Positions 40,022 through 52,676 of a stretch of DNA of 64,000 bases are shown here, piece after piece. The stretch comes from Chrysomallon squamiferum (lineage: Eukaryota > Animalia > Mollusca). The stretch's first letter is position 1. Each line of letters begins with the position of its first letter. The notes below the pieces were generated by a model, which had not been told where the DNA came from, ran no database searches, and saw nothing but the letters and a program-made list of their open reading frames with translations. The position numbers and the translations under genes were made by a program. Location: positions 8,370,001-8,434,000 of the forward strand of contig CM022674.1 of the NCBI GenBank assembly GCA_012295275.1, written 5' to 3'.

Positions 40022-40615
40022 TTTAAAATCATTTCATAATTATCATTTTAGAAGATGGGGTGAGGACTGGAATAATTTTAAAATTTGATCGCATTGACTA
40101 CGATGTTTCCAAGAGTGGAAAATACATTATTATAGAGATACAGTCCTCAAGCAGTTCTCAAATCCTGAGTGAAGAATTGGAAAAGAAAACGTAAATAAAG
40201 TATTTTAAAACCATTCCTGCTACAATTTCCTGGAACATGAAAGCGTTATTATCATTTGGTTAACAGGTTCAAAGAGATGATTTGCTCTAAATACTACCCC
40301 GATAATTGACATAAAACACCGTTTTCTTGTTTCACCCAGATTCGGGCATGGCGCGGCCTTTCTACCGCCCTGAATCGTACGCACACCGTTGTAATTCGGC
40401 TTGCCAGGTTTAATCGCTGACATCATTGATCTTATTTTCAATTAGCTAAGTAATGATTTTGGCATTAAATATGATAATCTTATAAGAGAAAGCTTGTGTT
40501 TTCTTATTCTGCAAACGTGTTATTCGTTTAAAGGGTACATTTCTTTGAAAACCTATCAGTGACCTAAACATCTCATTCCATGACAATGCATAATTATATC
40601 ACTGTTTTTATTCTT

Positions 40616-40685
<70 letters not shown>

Positions 40686-41125
40686 ATGGGTTTTAGGGAG
40701 AAAATAAGACAAAAAAATAATGTTTGAAAATAATCATTTTTTAAATGTGACTGACATAATAAATTTTTTTTTAAAAATTAAAAAATATAAATAGATAAAT
40801 CCTCTTAAGCAAAAATTATCTTTTATTACAAAAACAAAAACATCTCCCGCTTACGGCCAAATTCCTTGGTGGTTTCGTTTTTGGTTTTTACATAATCTCT
40901 ACTACACTGTGTGGCAATGCAGGAAATGGTCTTTAAAAATTATTTATTTTTGGAGCAAACAAATCCGTATGACTATCCGCTTTAGCAGTGGAATAATAAT
41001 AAAAATGTTGCCTGTCCTGATCTAAGGAGGTATACACTGAAAAACAGTCAGGACGTCGTAGGTGACCGCTAAATACAAGTAGAAGTACCATTGTCATTGT
41101 GATAAACTATCGTTCTACTATTTGT
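38790..41125 (+). ncRNA. Candidate structured non-coding RNA or structured UTR region, unidentified
   Basis: Non-coding, GC-richer islands with several inverted complementary segments, the best being 38989-38999/39406-39416 plus 39019-39032/39378-39391. G-U-type extensions mostly favour the plus strand. No known ncRNA signature recognised. Confidence 0.25.
40621..40683. repeat. (TA)n microsatellite
   Basis: Seen directly. Confidence 0.95.
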
Positions 41126-41708
41126 GCGTTATAAAATTAATTTTTATTCATGAAATCTTTTAAAATGTAATTATAATATTAAAAATTTAATAATAATATT
41201 TGTTTGGTTAGTTTTCCAAATAATTGTGCTGTGCTGTATCATTCTTGCAGTTACAATAATTTATCGAGTAAATTAAGAGGTTTTACGGTAGCATTACGAA
41301 AATGTAGGTTAAGACTCCGCGACCTTTAGGATCATTCCCTAATAGCAACATGTTTGGACCACAAATTGCATATTTGGGAACTCTCCGTTTCATCGCAGCC
41401 AAGAATTATATCTTTGCAAAACCATCAACAATTCATTTTTGTTAATGCTTCGTATTTTGTAACTTATTAATATAATAAAGAAAATCCAAATATAAAGAAA
41501 TTAAGCAGTAATACGATTTTTCCCGATCTTTTATTCGAACGCTCGGGTGTTTTCGGCTGTAAATGTGACTGGTGTGAGGTCAGTTGCAGTCAGGTTATCG
41601 CAGCAAAGAGAAGCACATGTCGTTTGGTCCAGTTTGTGTTGTGTAAAGACTTAACGTACTAAATTAATTATTTACGCTGTTGTATTCTGTTGTCGTCACT
41701 GAATAGTC

Positions 41709-44700
41709 ATGGTTGTTTCAGAAGCAATATCTTTTACAGCCCATGCACTCGGAGCAGAGGAAATTGCTATCAGACTTCTGCTTTCTTTGTTGGCAGGTAT
41801 TAATTTCGAGAACTTAGTTGGCATAACATTCGTAATGAAGCATTAGCATGATAATCATAATGTCAAGCTTAAATTAAATTCACCCTAGTGATGACAACAT
41901 GTTTCTTCAGAAATTGTTACCGAATAGCTAAAATTAAAGATCTAAGTGCCTGAAATAAATTAATGTAATATACTGAATGTTACTGTCTTGTAATTTGAAT
42001 AGAATATGTTTTATATTGATTTTGTAAGTCACGTTTAGAAAAAAATTAAAATAAGAAAGTGTCAATAATTTTTAAAAACATTGACAGCATCGCCATGGTA
42101 CTCACACGATTCTGTAACCATAAACATTTAGTAATTTGTTCAACCAGTTTCAGTGATGTGTTGTTATTATTATTATTATTTTTATTTACATGAATAAATT
42201 GATTTGTTATGAAATAGATATAACCTTTAATAATTATGTATTTTTGTTTATATAGCATTTGTTTATGTTACATGAATTGTGATTAATGATGTCATCTGTA
42301 ACAGAAACAGTTGTTCCTATTTTTATTTAGAAATGCACAATTTTAATCATACATGAAAGTACACATCTAAATAAGTAAATGTAATCATGAAATCTTTCTA
42401 GAAAATGTTGTAACATGAATTAGATGTTTATAAATACATATTATGAATACACTGATAAAACACACTCAAGCACGCACACACAAAATTATATATAAAAAAA
42501 AGATAAAAAGGAAATATTGCCAGTGAAAGTGGGGGAATTTGATTGACTAGAATTATCTAAACATTGATATTTATAAACATTTTTCATCAATATTGTGTTT
42601 ATGTTTTAGATGTTAGTAAATGTGTAAATAAATCTTATTAAAAATTACAGGTCTACAAGTTTGTCACATCACTTTTTTTTTGGTCATTTTTATGACCAGA
42701 AACTGATTTTAAGGGTGATTTTCTTTCTTTCTTTTCTTTTTCTTTCTTTTTCATTGTTGTTGTTGTAAAAGAGAAATGCAGGAGCTAAAGAAGGACAGTT
42801 AGGTACAATGAAATTGATAAGAAGACCATTTTGGTTTAAATGATAAGTTGGTGTATCCTGTGTATTTTTCTTTTATTACAAATGCAAACATTTGTCTGGT
42901 CCTCAATAATTGAATTTAGATATCTTCTACTTAGTGCTAATGTTAGGGATAATGTCAGAGATAAAATTAATTTATAAACATGGTTTGCATTAGTAAATCT
43001 TTTGAGTTAGTTCTACATTTTGTTTAAAAACTGGCAGATTTGAAGTTTGTTTTAAATATCTTTATTTTTTAACAGCTGTAATTTGATTCATCAGCATCAT
43101 TAATCTCTGACACTAAATAACAATATGTATATAATAGCTTGTCAGTGATACATTAGTTTGCTGGAGACTTGAACTGACATTTTAAAACTCAAATAACAGC
43201 CTGCTTTTATTGTGTTACGAAACAAATAAAAGCAGGCTGTTATTTGAGTATATATGTACAGAATAAATAAATAAATTGCTACTTTTTTTAGAAAGAAATA
43301 AACAAATTGTTATTTTTTTTAGAAAGAAAAAACCCATAATAAATATATTGATTAATACATAATTTGATAATTAAAAAGCCATACACAGGTTAATATTAAT
43401 AAGTACTTTTACATCATCCATCATTTATTTCCATTTCAGATGATAATTATATATTTATTTTAAATTAAACAATTGTATATTAAAAAATTATTATCTTAAT
43501 AATAATTCTTATTTTTGCAAATAAACATGATTTAGGATACAAATTTATAAACTATTTTCTTTTTTCAGGTTACCCACTTGCCTTTTTTTACCGTGCTGCT
43601 TTACATAAACAGAGTGCAGCACTCAAACATATTTTCTTCACTATAACTGGACTCACAATTGGTTATTTTTGCTTTGGTAGGTAGATTTTTTTATTCATTT
43701 TAATATGAAGATTATTTATCTTTCCTAATTCTTGAAAAGTTATATAAATTAAACTATATTATGGAAATTCTGCTTTTCACCTTGCCTCAGTGACTGGCAA
43801 GGTCAGTAAGCCACTGTCAGGTGACTGCTGGGAATTTCCACTGATTAAAATACAGATAAATATCTTTTCATTGTTAAGAATATCAATATTTACAAAGGTC
43901 TGCAGTATGCCTGCCATAAGGTCAAAGATAATTGTAAATGTTGATATTTTTTTATCTGTTTAAAATGTGATGACTTTAAGTGTGAATGATTTTTATACTT
44001 TGTAACTTCTAAATGAAAAACCTAAATGTTGAATGTCCTCATTAACCATCACATGTCCCAGGTTAAGCTTTTATGGCTATAATAAATAATTCTAATTAGT
44101 AAGTAACTACAATGTCAGTCATTACTAAACTTAAACTTTATTAATTTGATTTTAAAACAAGAGAAAAATAAAGAAGTAAAGAATGTCAATTCATTGCCAG
44201 AATCATACATTGTAAATAGAAATTTAAAAAAGTAAAATAGCCTTATACCAGTGAAATAACCCTGTTAATATAATTCTTAATTTCTCTATAAGTTGGAAAT
44301 AACTACTTTGGTTTCAGTATTGCTTTTAATATTTTGTTGCATGTAGCATCACAAGATAAATCCTCCTTCATGTTCTTATTTTGAAAATGAACAAAGCCAC
44401 ATGGCTGGCTTATTGAAGTCAGTATGTGTTTTCCTGTGCCTACAAAACAAACCTTGTTGCTGAAAAAATCATTAATAAAACTTACATGTGTTTGAAACTT
44501 AACAACCATAACAGTTGTTAATTTAATATTTATTTTTTACTTGCATATTATATAATTTCAGGTATAGCAACTGGACATATTTTAATCAACATATTTGTTA
44601 TCTATGTGATAATAAATCTTTCGCCTGGTACAAACCTCTCAGTTTTTCTGGGATTTCTCTTTAACCTAGTAAGTATTAAAAAATAGTCACAATTAACATT

Positions 44701-47700
44701 TAATAGTGTTTGAAATCTAGTTTATAGTTAAGATTTTTTTCTTTTCGTTGAAAACATATAAAAAAGGCAACAAAGACGGCTATAAGCAGTTTTTTCCTTC
44801 TTATTTCTATCACCAGTACAATATATATTTTCATAAACATAGTGCTTATTATTCTTTGGCATATATAATGAAGACACGTTATTTTTCTTTTTTTCTGTTA
44901 CTATAAACTTTTTCTTAAACCTAGAGCATATTTAGTAAAATTGTACATTATTCAAATTATATTACTGTTTTGAAACAAACTGTGTTGTTATTCTTTCAGT
45001 GTTATTTGATGGGTGGATATTACTCGGAGTTGACAGATGGATCAAAGTACAAAATAACATGGACAATACCCCACTGTGTACTGACACTCCGACTCACTGG
45101 TCTTGTCTTTGACCTTTATGATGGACACAAGAAGGAGGTAAAATAGATCATTGGTGAAACGTGCATTTTGACTAACTTTAATTTTGTAAATTACTGTTTT
45201 ATTTGTTGTGGCTAATATCTTAATTCTATTATGACATTTTATTATTTTATTATTAGCAAAGACGAATATATAATGTTAGTCTAGTCTTTATCAGTGGCAG
45301 GTTGATCACAGATGTTTAAACAGTAAGGACTGATACCCACCTTAACTAGGAATACATTCCTTTTCTAATATTCAGGTATCCTTACCTTTTTGGCACACCT
45401 TCTTCTTCCTTAGAGAACTTGTTTATGAAGTCTAAGTAGAGTTTCATTGGAAACTGAAAATAAATATTTACAATATGTAATTTCTAATTTACATTTTAAA
45501 TATTTTTAAAAGTTAAGTCGTCTTTGCTAATAATAAAATTAAAATGAATTTTTGAAATAATACAACCATTTAAACAGAAGCATATAAACAAAGATGAAAA
45601 TGTAAAGTTAAACAATATTCATTGTTGATACTGACATGAAAACCATATAACTAAAAATAACTTTACTATTATTTAAATAAAACAATTGACATTACTATAA
45701 AGTTTTTATTTCAAAGGAAGAGTTATCAGCTGAACAGAAAAAGACAGCCATTAAGCGGGTTCCAACACTGCTTGAAATGACAGGACATTGTTTATTCTTT
45801 GGAGGTTTTCTTGTTGGTCCTCAGGTAATTAATTTTAAATTAACTTTAGTAAATGTGTTTTAAACTTATCTCAGGAAATGTATTTTAAACTAAACTCATA
45901 TACACAGTAATTGTTTTAATTTAAACTTTTGTTATTAGCTTATAAGATAATGCTTTGTTATTATATTTTGGCGTAGCTACAATTTAGATTAAGCTAAAGT
46001 AATAATGATATTTTAAAGCAACCTCAAAGATATTTTAATAATTACGTCAGATATTTACATTTTAGAGTAACCTCTGATAATGATATTCGTGTAACTTGAG
46101 GTAATGATATTACTTATTATCATAACCTGAATAAAGTTATTTTAGACTAACTTGAGATAATTATACTTTACATGATATTTAAATTTTATAGACTCTTACA
46201 ACTTAACTTTTAAAAAATATTTAAAATGTAAATTAGAAATTACATATTGTAAATATTTAATTTCAGTTTCCAATGAAACTCTACTTAGACTTCATAAACA
46301 AGTTCTCTAAGGAAGAAGAAGGTCCGCCAAAAAGGTAAGGATACCTGAATATTAGAAAAGTAATGTATTCCTAGTTAAGGTGGGTATCAGTCCTTACTGT
46401 TTAAACCTCTGTGATAAACTTGCACTGATAAAGACTAGACTAACATTACATATTCGTCACTAAGCTGCAAATGAAGGTGTCGTTATCGATAGAAATATAT
46501 AAACACAGCCTTAATAAAGGACCCAATAAGGACAAAATAGACACAAACAATAACAAACATAATGTCAATAGTTAAGTAAAAGAAAAAAAAGAAAAGAGAA
46601 AGCGACGTCACCTCACACCTTGGTGTCTTTGACAGGTATGGGATACTATTTGAGACGTCTACTTGAGAACTCCACTAGCAGGTTGTCCACACACAGAAAT
46701 GCTGACGTTAAATTATAGTTAATATGATTGTTCTCTTCACAGTAATGGTAGGTACAGATATTAGGATTATTACTGATTTAATTAAATACACCAGTTTAAT
46801 TATGTCTTAGGTTAGTTAAAAAATATAGTTTATTTCCAGAACACTTTCAAGTCTGAAATGTAGTAAATTACTTAGAACCATTCTTGATTTCTTGAAAGCA
46901 TACAGCTTTTATCATCTTCATGAACTATGAGTGGGCTGCATCGCCATGGTTTCTCTGGTTCTTTCAGTATTCCATTAGTTTGTATTCAAAGGCTAGATGT
47001 CATTTCCTGAGTTTATGTGAGAGATGGCGACCTGATAACTGATACGGTTAGGTCACAGAATTATTACTATGTTCCATGACAGACGTTCGTTCTCAGCGCT
47101 GATCCAAACCCACTTAAATTTGCTGAAAGTGTAGATGCCAAATCAGTGAATTATGAACACCAACTTAATATTTGTTTTAACAGTTCATTGGATTTTTGAC
47201 ATATATCTATATACAAATGATTCAGATGTCATATCCTGATATGTCTAAACAATTATGATTTTTTGTTGTTGTTAGGAAATATATGGAAATAGCCTGATTC
47301 TATTGAAAATGTTATCATATGTCCAAAAATATGAAATCAGAATTCTTTAATTACTATTTTTTATTAGGAGTGTACCTTCAAAAAAGGCTTCTTTTTCACT
47401 TTTCAATATATTTTTTTAAATAGATTTAAACATATTCATTAATATAAATAGTAATAGCCTGCTGATAAAAAATTTAAAATCTTGAAAATTGTGCAAGAAA
47501 TATTCCTAGCAGAAAAAAGTGTTCAAAATAATCCCAGGTTTTTAAAAATGTGATTATTTTTAATTATAAAATTCACATTTTTATGGTTTGGTTACTTATA
47601 ATCATTAATTTGTTACTTCTGTTATTATTATCAACTATTTTTCTGTGTTGCTAACTGATATTTTGTGTGCTTTTCTTTTCAGTATTGTAGTGTGCAAGAT

Positions 47701-50700
47701 TATTATATTTTTTGTTGTCATCATTGGTGTTTTTTAACAGTTGATTTATTTATAGCCTGAGTATTTAACATTATTTTCAGTAATTTTATTATAGCTTGAG
47801 TTACCAGTATATAATTTAATATGTTGCTTATTACTCTTTCCAATATTAAATTGTAGTTTTGAATGTTCTACATTATTTTTCAGTGTTGGTGCAGGTATTT
47901 CCAGGTTTCTCTATGGGATACTCTATGTAGCTATATTCCAAATTGGTGTTTTCTTCATACCTACAAATTACATGTTTTCAGAAGAGTTTCGTGTAAGTAC
48001 TGATATTTTCTTATTTGTTTCTTACAGTATCCCTGATGTTATTTACTAATATTCTATTTTAGTTTCCTTCCCACTGTAAAAGTATTACTTATTACCTTTT
48101 AGAATATTTATTTTCACTTTGGCATATGCTTCTTACACATCACACATTTCTCCTTATTTCAAATAGGTTATTATTTAGAAATGCTTTAAAAAATTACAAA
48201 TCCTTACAGACTGAATGTGTCCTTGCATGGGTTCTTAATTCTGTTGTTACCAGTTTCTACAATTTCCACATTTGAAATAATAATGCAGTGTATAAATTCT
48301 CCAAGCATTTTTATTATCATGTTTTATATGATTGCAGCAAGGATTTTAATTATGAAAAACAACAATTGAAATTTGTTCTGTCCCATAAACCAATTCATCA
48401 GATTATCAAAGACTAATTTTATATAAGAAGTTTAATTACATGTCTAAATAAGTTAGTAACGAAGGGTGATAACATTATCATGGTTCAGTGATTTAATATT
48501 TATTGACACTTTATGAATTTGTTCTTGCAGGCATTAGGATACCTCAGTCGGTGTGCATATATTCTAATCTGGGGAAAAGTTCTAATCACAAAATACATTG
48601 GCACATGGTTGTTAGCAGTGAGTGTATTTTATTTTCATATATATGTTGTCTTATGATTATTAGAAAACAGTCATATGAAATTCAGTAATCACTATCAAAA
48701 TATCATTTAGTTATATTGCTAGATTTGTGTATTTGGGTGACAATATACATGGGTTATAATCCAAGTCTTCAAAGAATTAATTTGTTTGTGTATGTACAAT
48801 TGTGAACATATTTAATCCAGATACAGATTGTTCCATCATATTTATTTCATATACTTTTTGAAACAAGTGTACAGAGATAAAAATAAAAATGAGATTCCAT
48901 GAGATTTTAAAATTAACTATTTTTTATTTTCTTATTCAGGAAGGAAGTATAATAGTTACTGGTTTAAGTTACAATGGAACAGATGAAAATGGCAATGCAT
49001 TATGGGATGGATGTACAAATGTCAAGTTACGGAAACTGGAAGAGGCTTCTTCATTTAAAAAGGCTATTGAATCATTTAACCATAACACAAATAATTGGAT
49101 GTCCAGGTATATATTAACATAATAATTTCCTTTGGTTATGTGGGACTTTTTGGCAAACGTACTACAAAGAAACTCTTTCACAATTATTATAATTATAATA
49201 TAATATAATTTTTTAACAATGAAAGAAACTGCATCCAGTTGATAGAAATGTACTTCAAAAATACTTTATAATTGTTTTTCAGATATATTTTTAAAAGACT
49301 TCGATTTCTTGGAAATAAAAGTTTGTCTCAGGTGCTAACTCTGCTGTTTCTAGCAGTGTGGCATGGGGTGCACAGTGGATACTACATGTGTTTTATACTC
49401 GAGTTTTTTATGACAAGTGCAGAAGCTCAAGTAAGTAATATGAAATAAGTTTGCTTGTATTATTTGTAAAAACTTACAGATTTTCTTCCTCATAAGGTTT
49501 TGATTTGTTTAAGCAGTGATTGTTTTGTATCTTGAATCATGGTTTTAATTTAACCAGTTAGCTAATTATTACAAAATTATCTAAATAGATATTACCTTTT
49601 TAAATAATAAGATAAAATTAATACTAATATAAATATATGTTATATGAAAACAAAGTAAATGCATGAAGTTGGTTGAACATTATCAATATTAATATTTTGT
49701 TGTATTATAATGTTATAAAATAAAAAACTTAAATATAATACTTGTTAGTTTCAAATTTACTAAAAATTGTTTGTTTGTTTGCTTTTCAGGTGACATCGTT
49801 AATCAACAGTGTACCAGTTTTAAAAACATTGGCAAATGCTTCATCATTACAGATACCAATTTTTATAGTGTGCAAACTTATAATGCAGTATTCATGGTCT
49901 TATGCTCTTATTAGCTTTGGTCTGCTTAAAACTGAAAACTGGGTTACGGTTAGTACTAGTTCACAGATTATTTTCACACACACACACAAAACAGTAGTAT
50001 TTATAAAATTAAATGTAGAACTGGGAAAGAATACAAATATGGTCATTTTTGCAATATTCTTTACAGTTTACATATGGTGAGATACATTTTTATAATTAAA
50101 AAAATTGTTTCTTTCAGGTTTATTCAGCTCTGTATTTCAATGCTCATATTGTCTACTTTGGATGGCCTTTAGTTTACTTTTTGCTCAAGAAATTTGTCTT
50201 ACCGAGAAAATCGTCAGTTAATGGAGTAAAAAGCAAAAATATGTAAGTAATTTCTTTTCAGTTTTCACAATGGTGACATATTTGTGTATCCAGTGGTGAA
50301 GAGTGTCATTTGTATTGAGATGTTTTCGTTTTATTTTTGTTTGTTTTTATACTTAAAAGCAATTCACATAGTCAGATGTTCCCTGGCCTATTTACCACTG
50401 CAGCAAGTTTTCTTAAACAGCAATCTTTTTTATTTTTCCTTGTAAGACAAAGTACAATTATTCATTCAGAAACATATGACAGGTGATGTCTAATCTGCCA
50501 CTTGGTAAAGATCAACAAATATTTGTTAGTTTATAATTTACAATGTTTAGCATATTTTACCCTTGAATTCTAGGTATTTTTAATTAACACTAAATTTTAA
50601 ATTCAGTCACAACAGTATGCAATGGCTGCTATATAGAGCATAACTAACTGGCATAATAAACAAACTCCTAATAATGGTGATTTTCAGAAGCTGGGTTGCA

Positions 50701-50819
50701 CATAAACCAGTATGGAAAGACAGATGTAGTATTAATATTAACTCTAAATTGCCAGTTTCAATTGTACTTTGTTATTTTTGTTTTTCAGATCAGAGCAAGA
50801 AGAGAAGAAGGAATCCTGA
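41709..50819 (+). CDS. LPCAT3: Lysophospholipid acyltransferase 5 (MBOAT5/LPCAT3/nessy-like); exons 41709-41796, 43569-43676, 44562-44668, 45000-45137, 45717-45824, 46267-46334, 47884-47992, 48531-48617, 48940-49106, 49283-49430, 49790-49948, 50118-50242, 50789-50819; ~480 aa
   Basis: Motifs AIRLLLSLLAGYP, WTIPHCVLTLRL, FLVGPQF, WDGCTNV, SFNHNTNNW, YIFKRLRFLGNK, catalytic AVWHG and C-terminal KKES. All junctions GT-AG and in phase. Confidence 0.93.
43187..43249. repeat. Perfect 25-bp inverted repeat with 13-nt loop in LPCAT3 intron 1
   Basis: actcaaataacagcctgcttttatt (43187-43211) is the exact reverse complement of 43225-43249. Confidence 0.9.
45261..45518 (-). repeat. Inverted duplicate of LPCAT3 exon 6 plus flanking intron (source 46201-46458), lying in intron 4
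   Basis: The reverse complement matches 46201-46458 with few mismatches and includes the acceptor tttcag, the 68-nt exon (ccg changed to gtg) and the donor gtaagg. Confidence 0.95.
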
Positions 50820-52594
50820 TATTCACTTCTAGGTTTGCTGTGTTGTCATAGGGCGGGGCTGATACTTTACATATTCCACTAGGACATCTTGTGCCTTTTG
50901 CACGATACATTGTTGTTGTTTTTTTCTTGTTTTTTTCGTGGATCATTGATATACATTTCCACTGAATATAAACAAATAATTACTTTTTTGCTGTGTTTAT
51001 TAGACATTGTTGTTGATCATCAAGTCAGTGTTACAAATGATGGGTTTCAAATAGGATTTTTTTTTAATATTATATTTTAATAATTATAGTTTTATGTTTT
51101 TTTAAATATTTGTTTTATACTCAGAAGGTAATGTGAAATCAAACACTTGAAGTACATTATTAGTGCTTATTTTTAATTTAAAACATAAAATTATATTTTG
51201 TTTTGATGCAGAATAATTTCTAGTTATTAGATATTATGGTTTCAGTAATCTCCAGGATTTGATTAACTGAGTGAAGGATTTCTTACAAATCTTGTTATGT
51301 CTACTTAATATTTTTTTTTTTCTTCTTTAATATTGTGCATTTGCAATTGTTACATCTGTTGTAAGGAATATAATCTCAATCTTCCATGTCTTCTTCATAT
51401 CAACAGATATCTCACAACTGTTAATAAAACAGCTTTGTTCAAAAGTAAAATGTCAGTATTTGATACATTTTTAATAGCAATTATTTAAAACTAATCTTTT
51501 TTAGATTTCAATAATCCTTTCTATACAAATTTTTGTTTTATATTGTTCTTTGCAACAAAAATTTGATGAACTTTTACAAAACTTTTTATAACCAATTATT
51601 TGTTATTATAATTATTTTATTTAATATTATTGTTGTTGATACAACTGGTATTATTATTATTATCAAATTTAAACTTACAATTAATTCTCACTGATTTAAG
51701 AACTGGCAGCTACACCATCCTGACTTTAAACAGGACATTCCATACCTGTTGTTTAAATTCAGAAATGTTTTATAAACCTGAGCCTGTTAAGTAAACCATT
51801 TATTTAAAGTGTATTGATTGATAGAACTGGCAGAATAAAATACATTATTACTGAAAAGTCTGCAAAAAGACTTTATTTCTTGTAAAAAATAATTTTAAAA
51901 TAATCAAACAAAAACGTCATTTTCGTTTTTATGCTTGTTCTAATAGGCTTCATTCTTTGTGTACAGACTGTTCCTTTTAAATTTTTAAATTTTGCCAGCA
52001 AAAGGTACATATAATCTATTATCTAAAAAATTTGAATGAAATTTGAAATGTGTACAAGATACTTCATTATCATTATACAATAAAAACATTTTATAAATTT
52101 GGTAATAATTTACTTTTACTGATTTGGTAAACATCTTAATAGTCATAGCAGGTATATTAATTTGTAATGAACATATTCAACTTGTGGGTTAAAAGTATCT
52201 ACCAATTCAATTTCTTATTGTGAATTAAGTTTGAATTCAGAATTTTGTTGTGGTTTATTTTGCTGTATAATGATATTTCTTTAAATATACAGTAATATTT
52301 GAATATAGAGGTGTACATGATAACAAAAAAAAAAATTTCCAAATAAACAGAAATTAATTGTTACATTTTGGTTTCTGGACCAAAATGGTCTTACTGTTCG
52401 CTTTTTAAAATGCAGTTAAAATGTGATGCTTTTATTTATCACAATTTAATAAATTTAGTTTTATATTTATTTTATTTAATTAACATTTTGATTGCAATAT
52501 TTCAAAAGTTCTTTGATAATTTAGTTAAATTGATATGCTTTAATAATTATTCAGATATTCTATGCAAAAATACATTAATTCACATATATTTATA

Positions 52595-52627
<33 letters not shown>

Positions 52628-52642
52628 TTATATTTATTTATT

Positions 52643-52676
<34 letters not shown>

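Noticed and set aside
40220-40441. 73-aa minus-strand ORF
   Set aside because: No recognisable homology, non-ATG start in the track, and no supported exon chain.
38790-41340. Telomerase RNA, RNase P/MRP, 7SK or U12 as the identity of the structured region
   Set aside because: No TTAGGG-type template longer than one repeat, no paired P4 (CR-I/CR-V) motifs, no 7SK GATC stem. The U12-like GATTCGGG...GAATC hairpin lacks the rest of U12.
41311-41345. AAGACT...AGGATCATT...ATAG resembling the U3 snoRNA 5' end
   Set aside because: Spacing and box A' do not fit, and no boxes B, C or D follow. More likely LPCAT3 promoter sequence.
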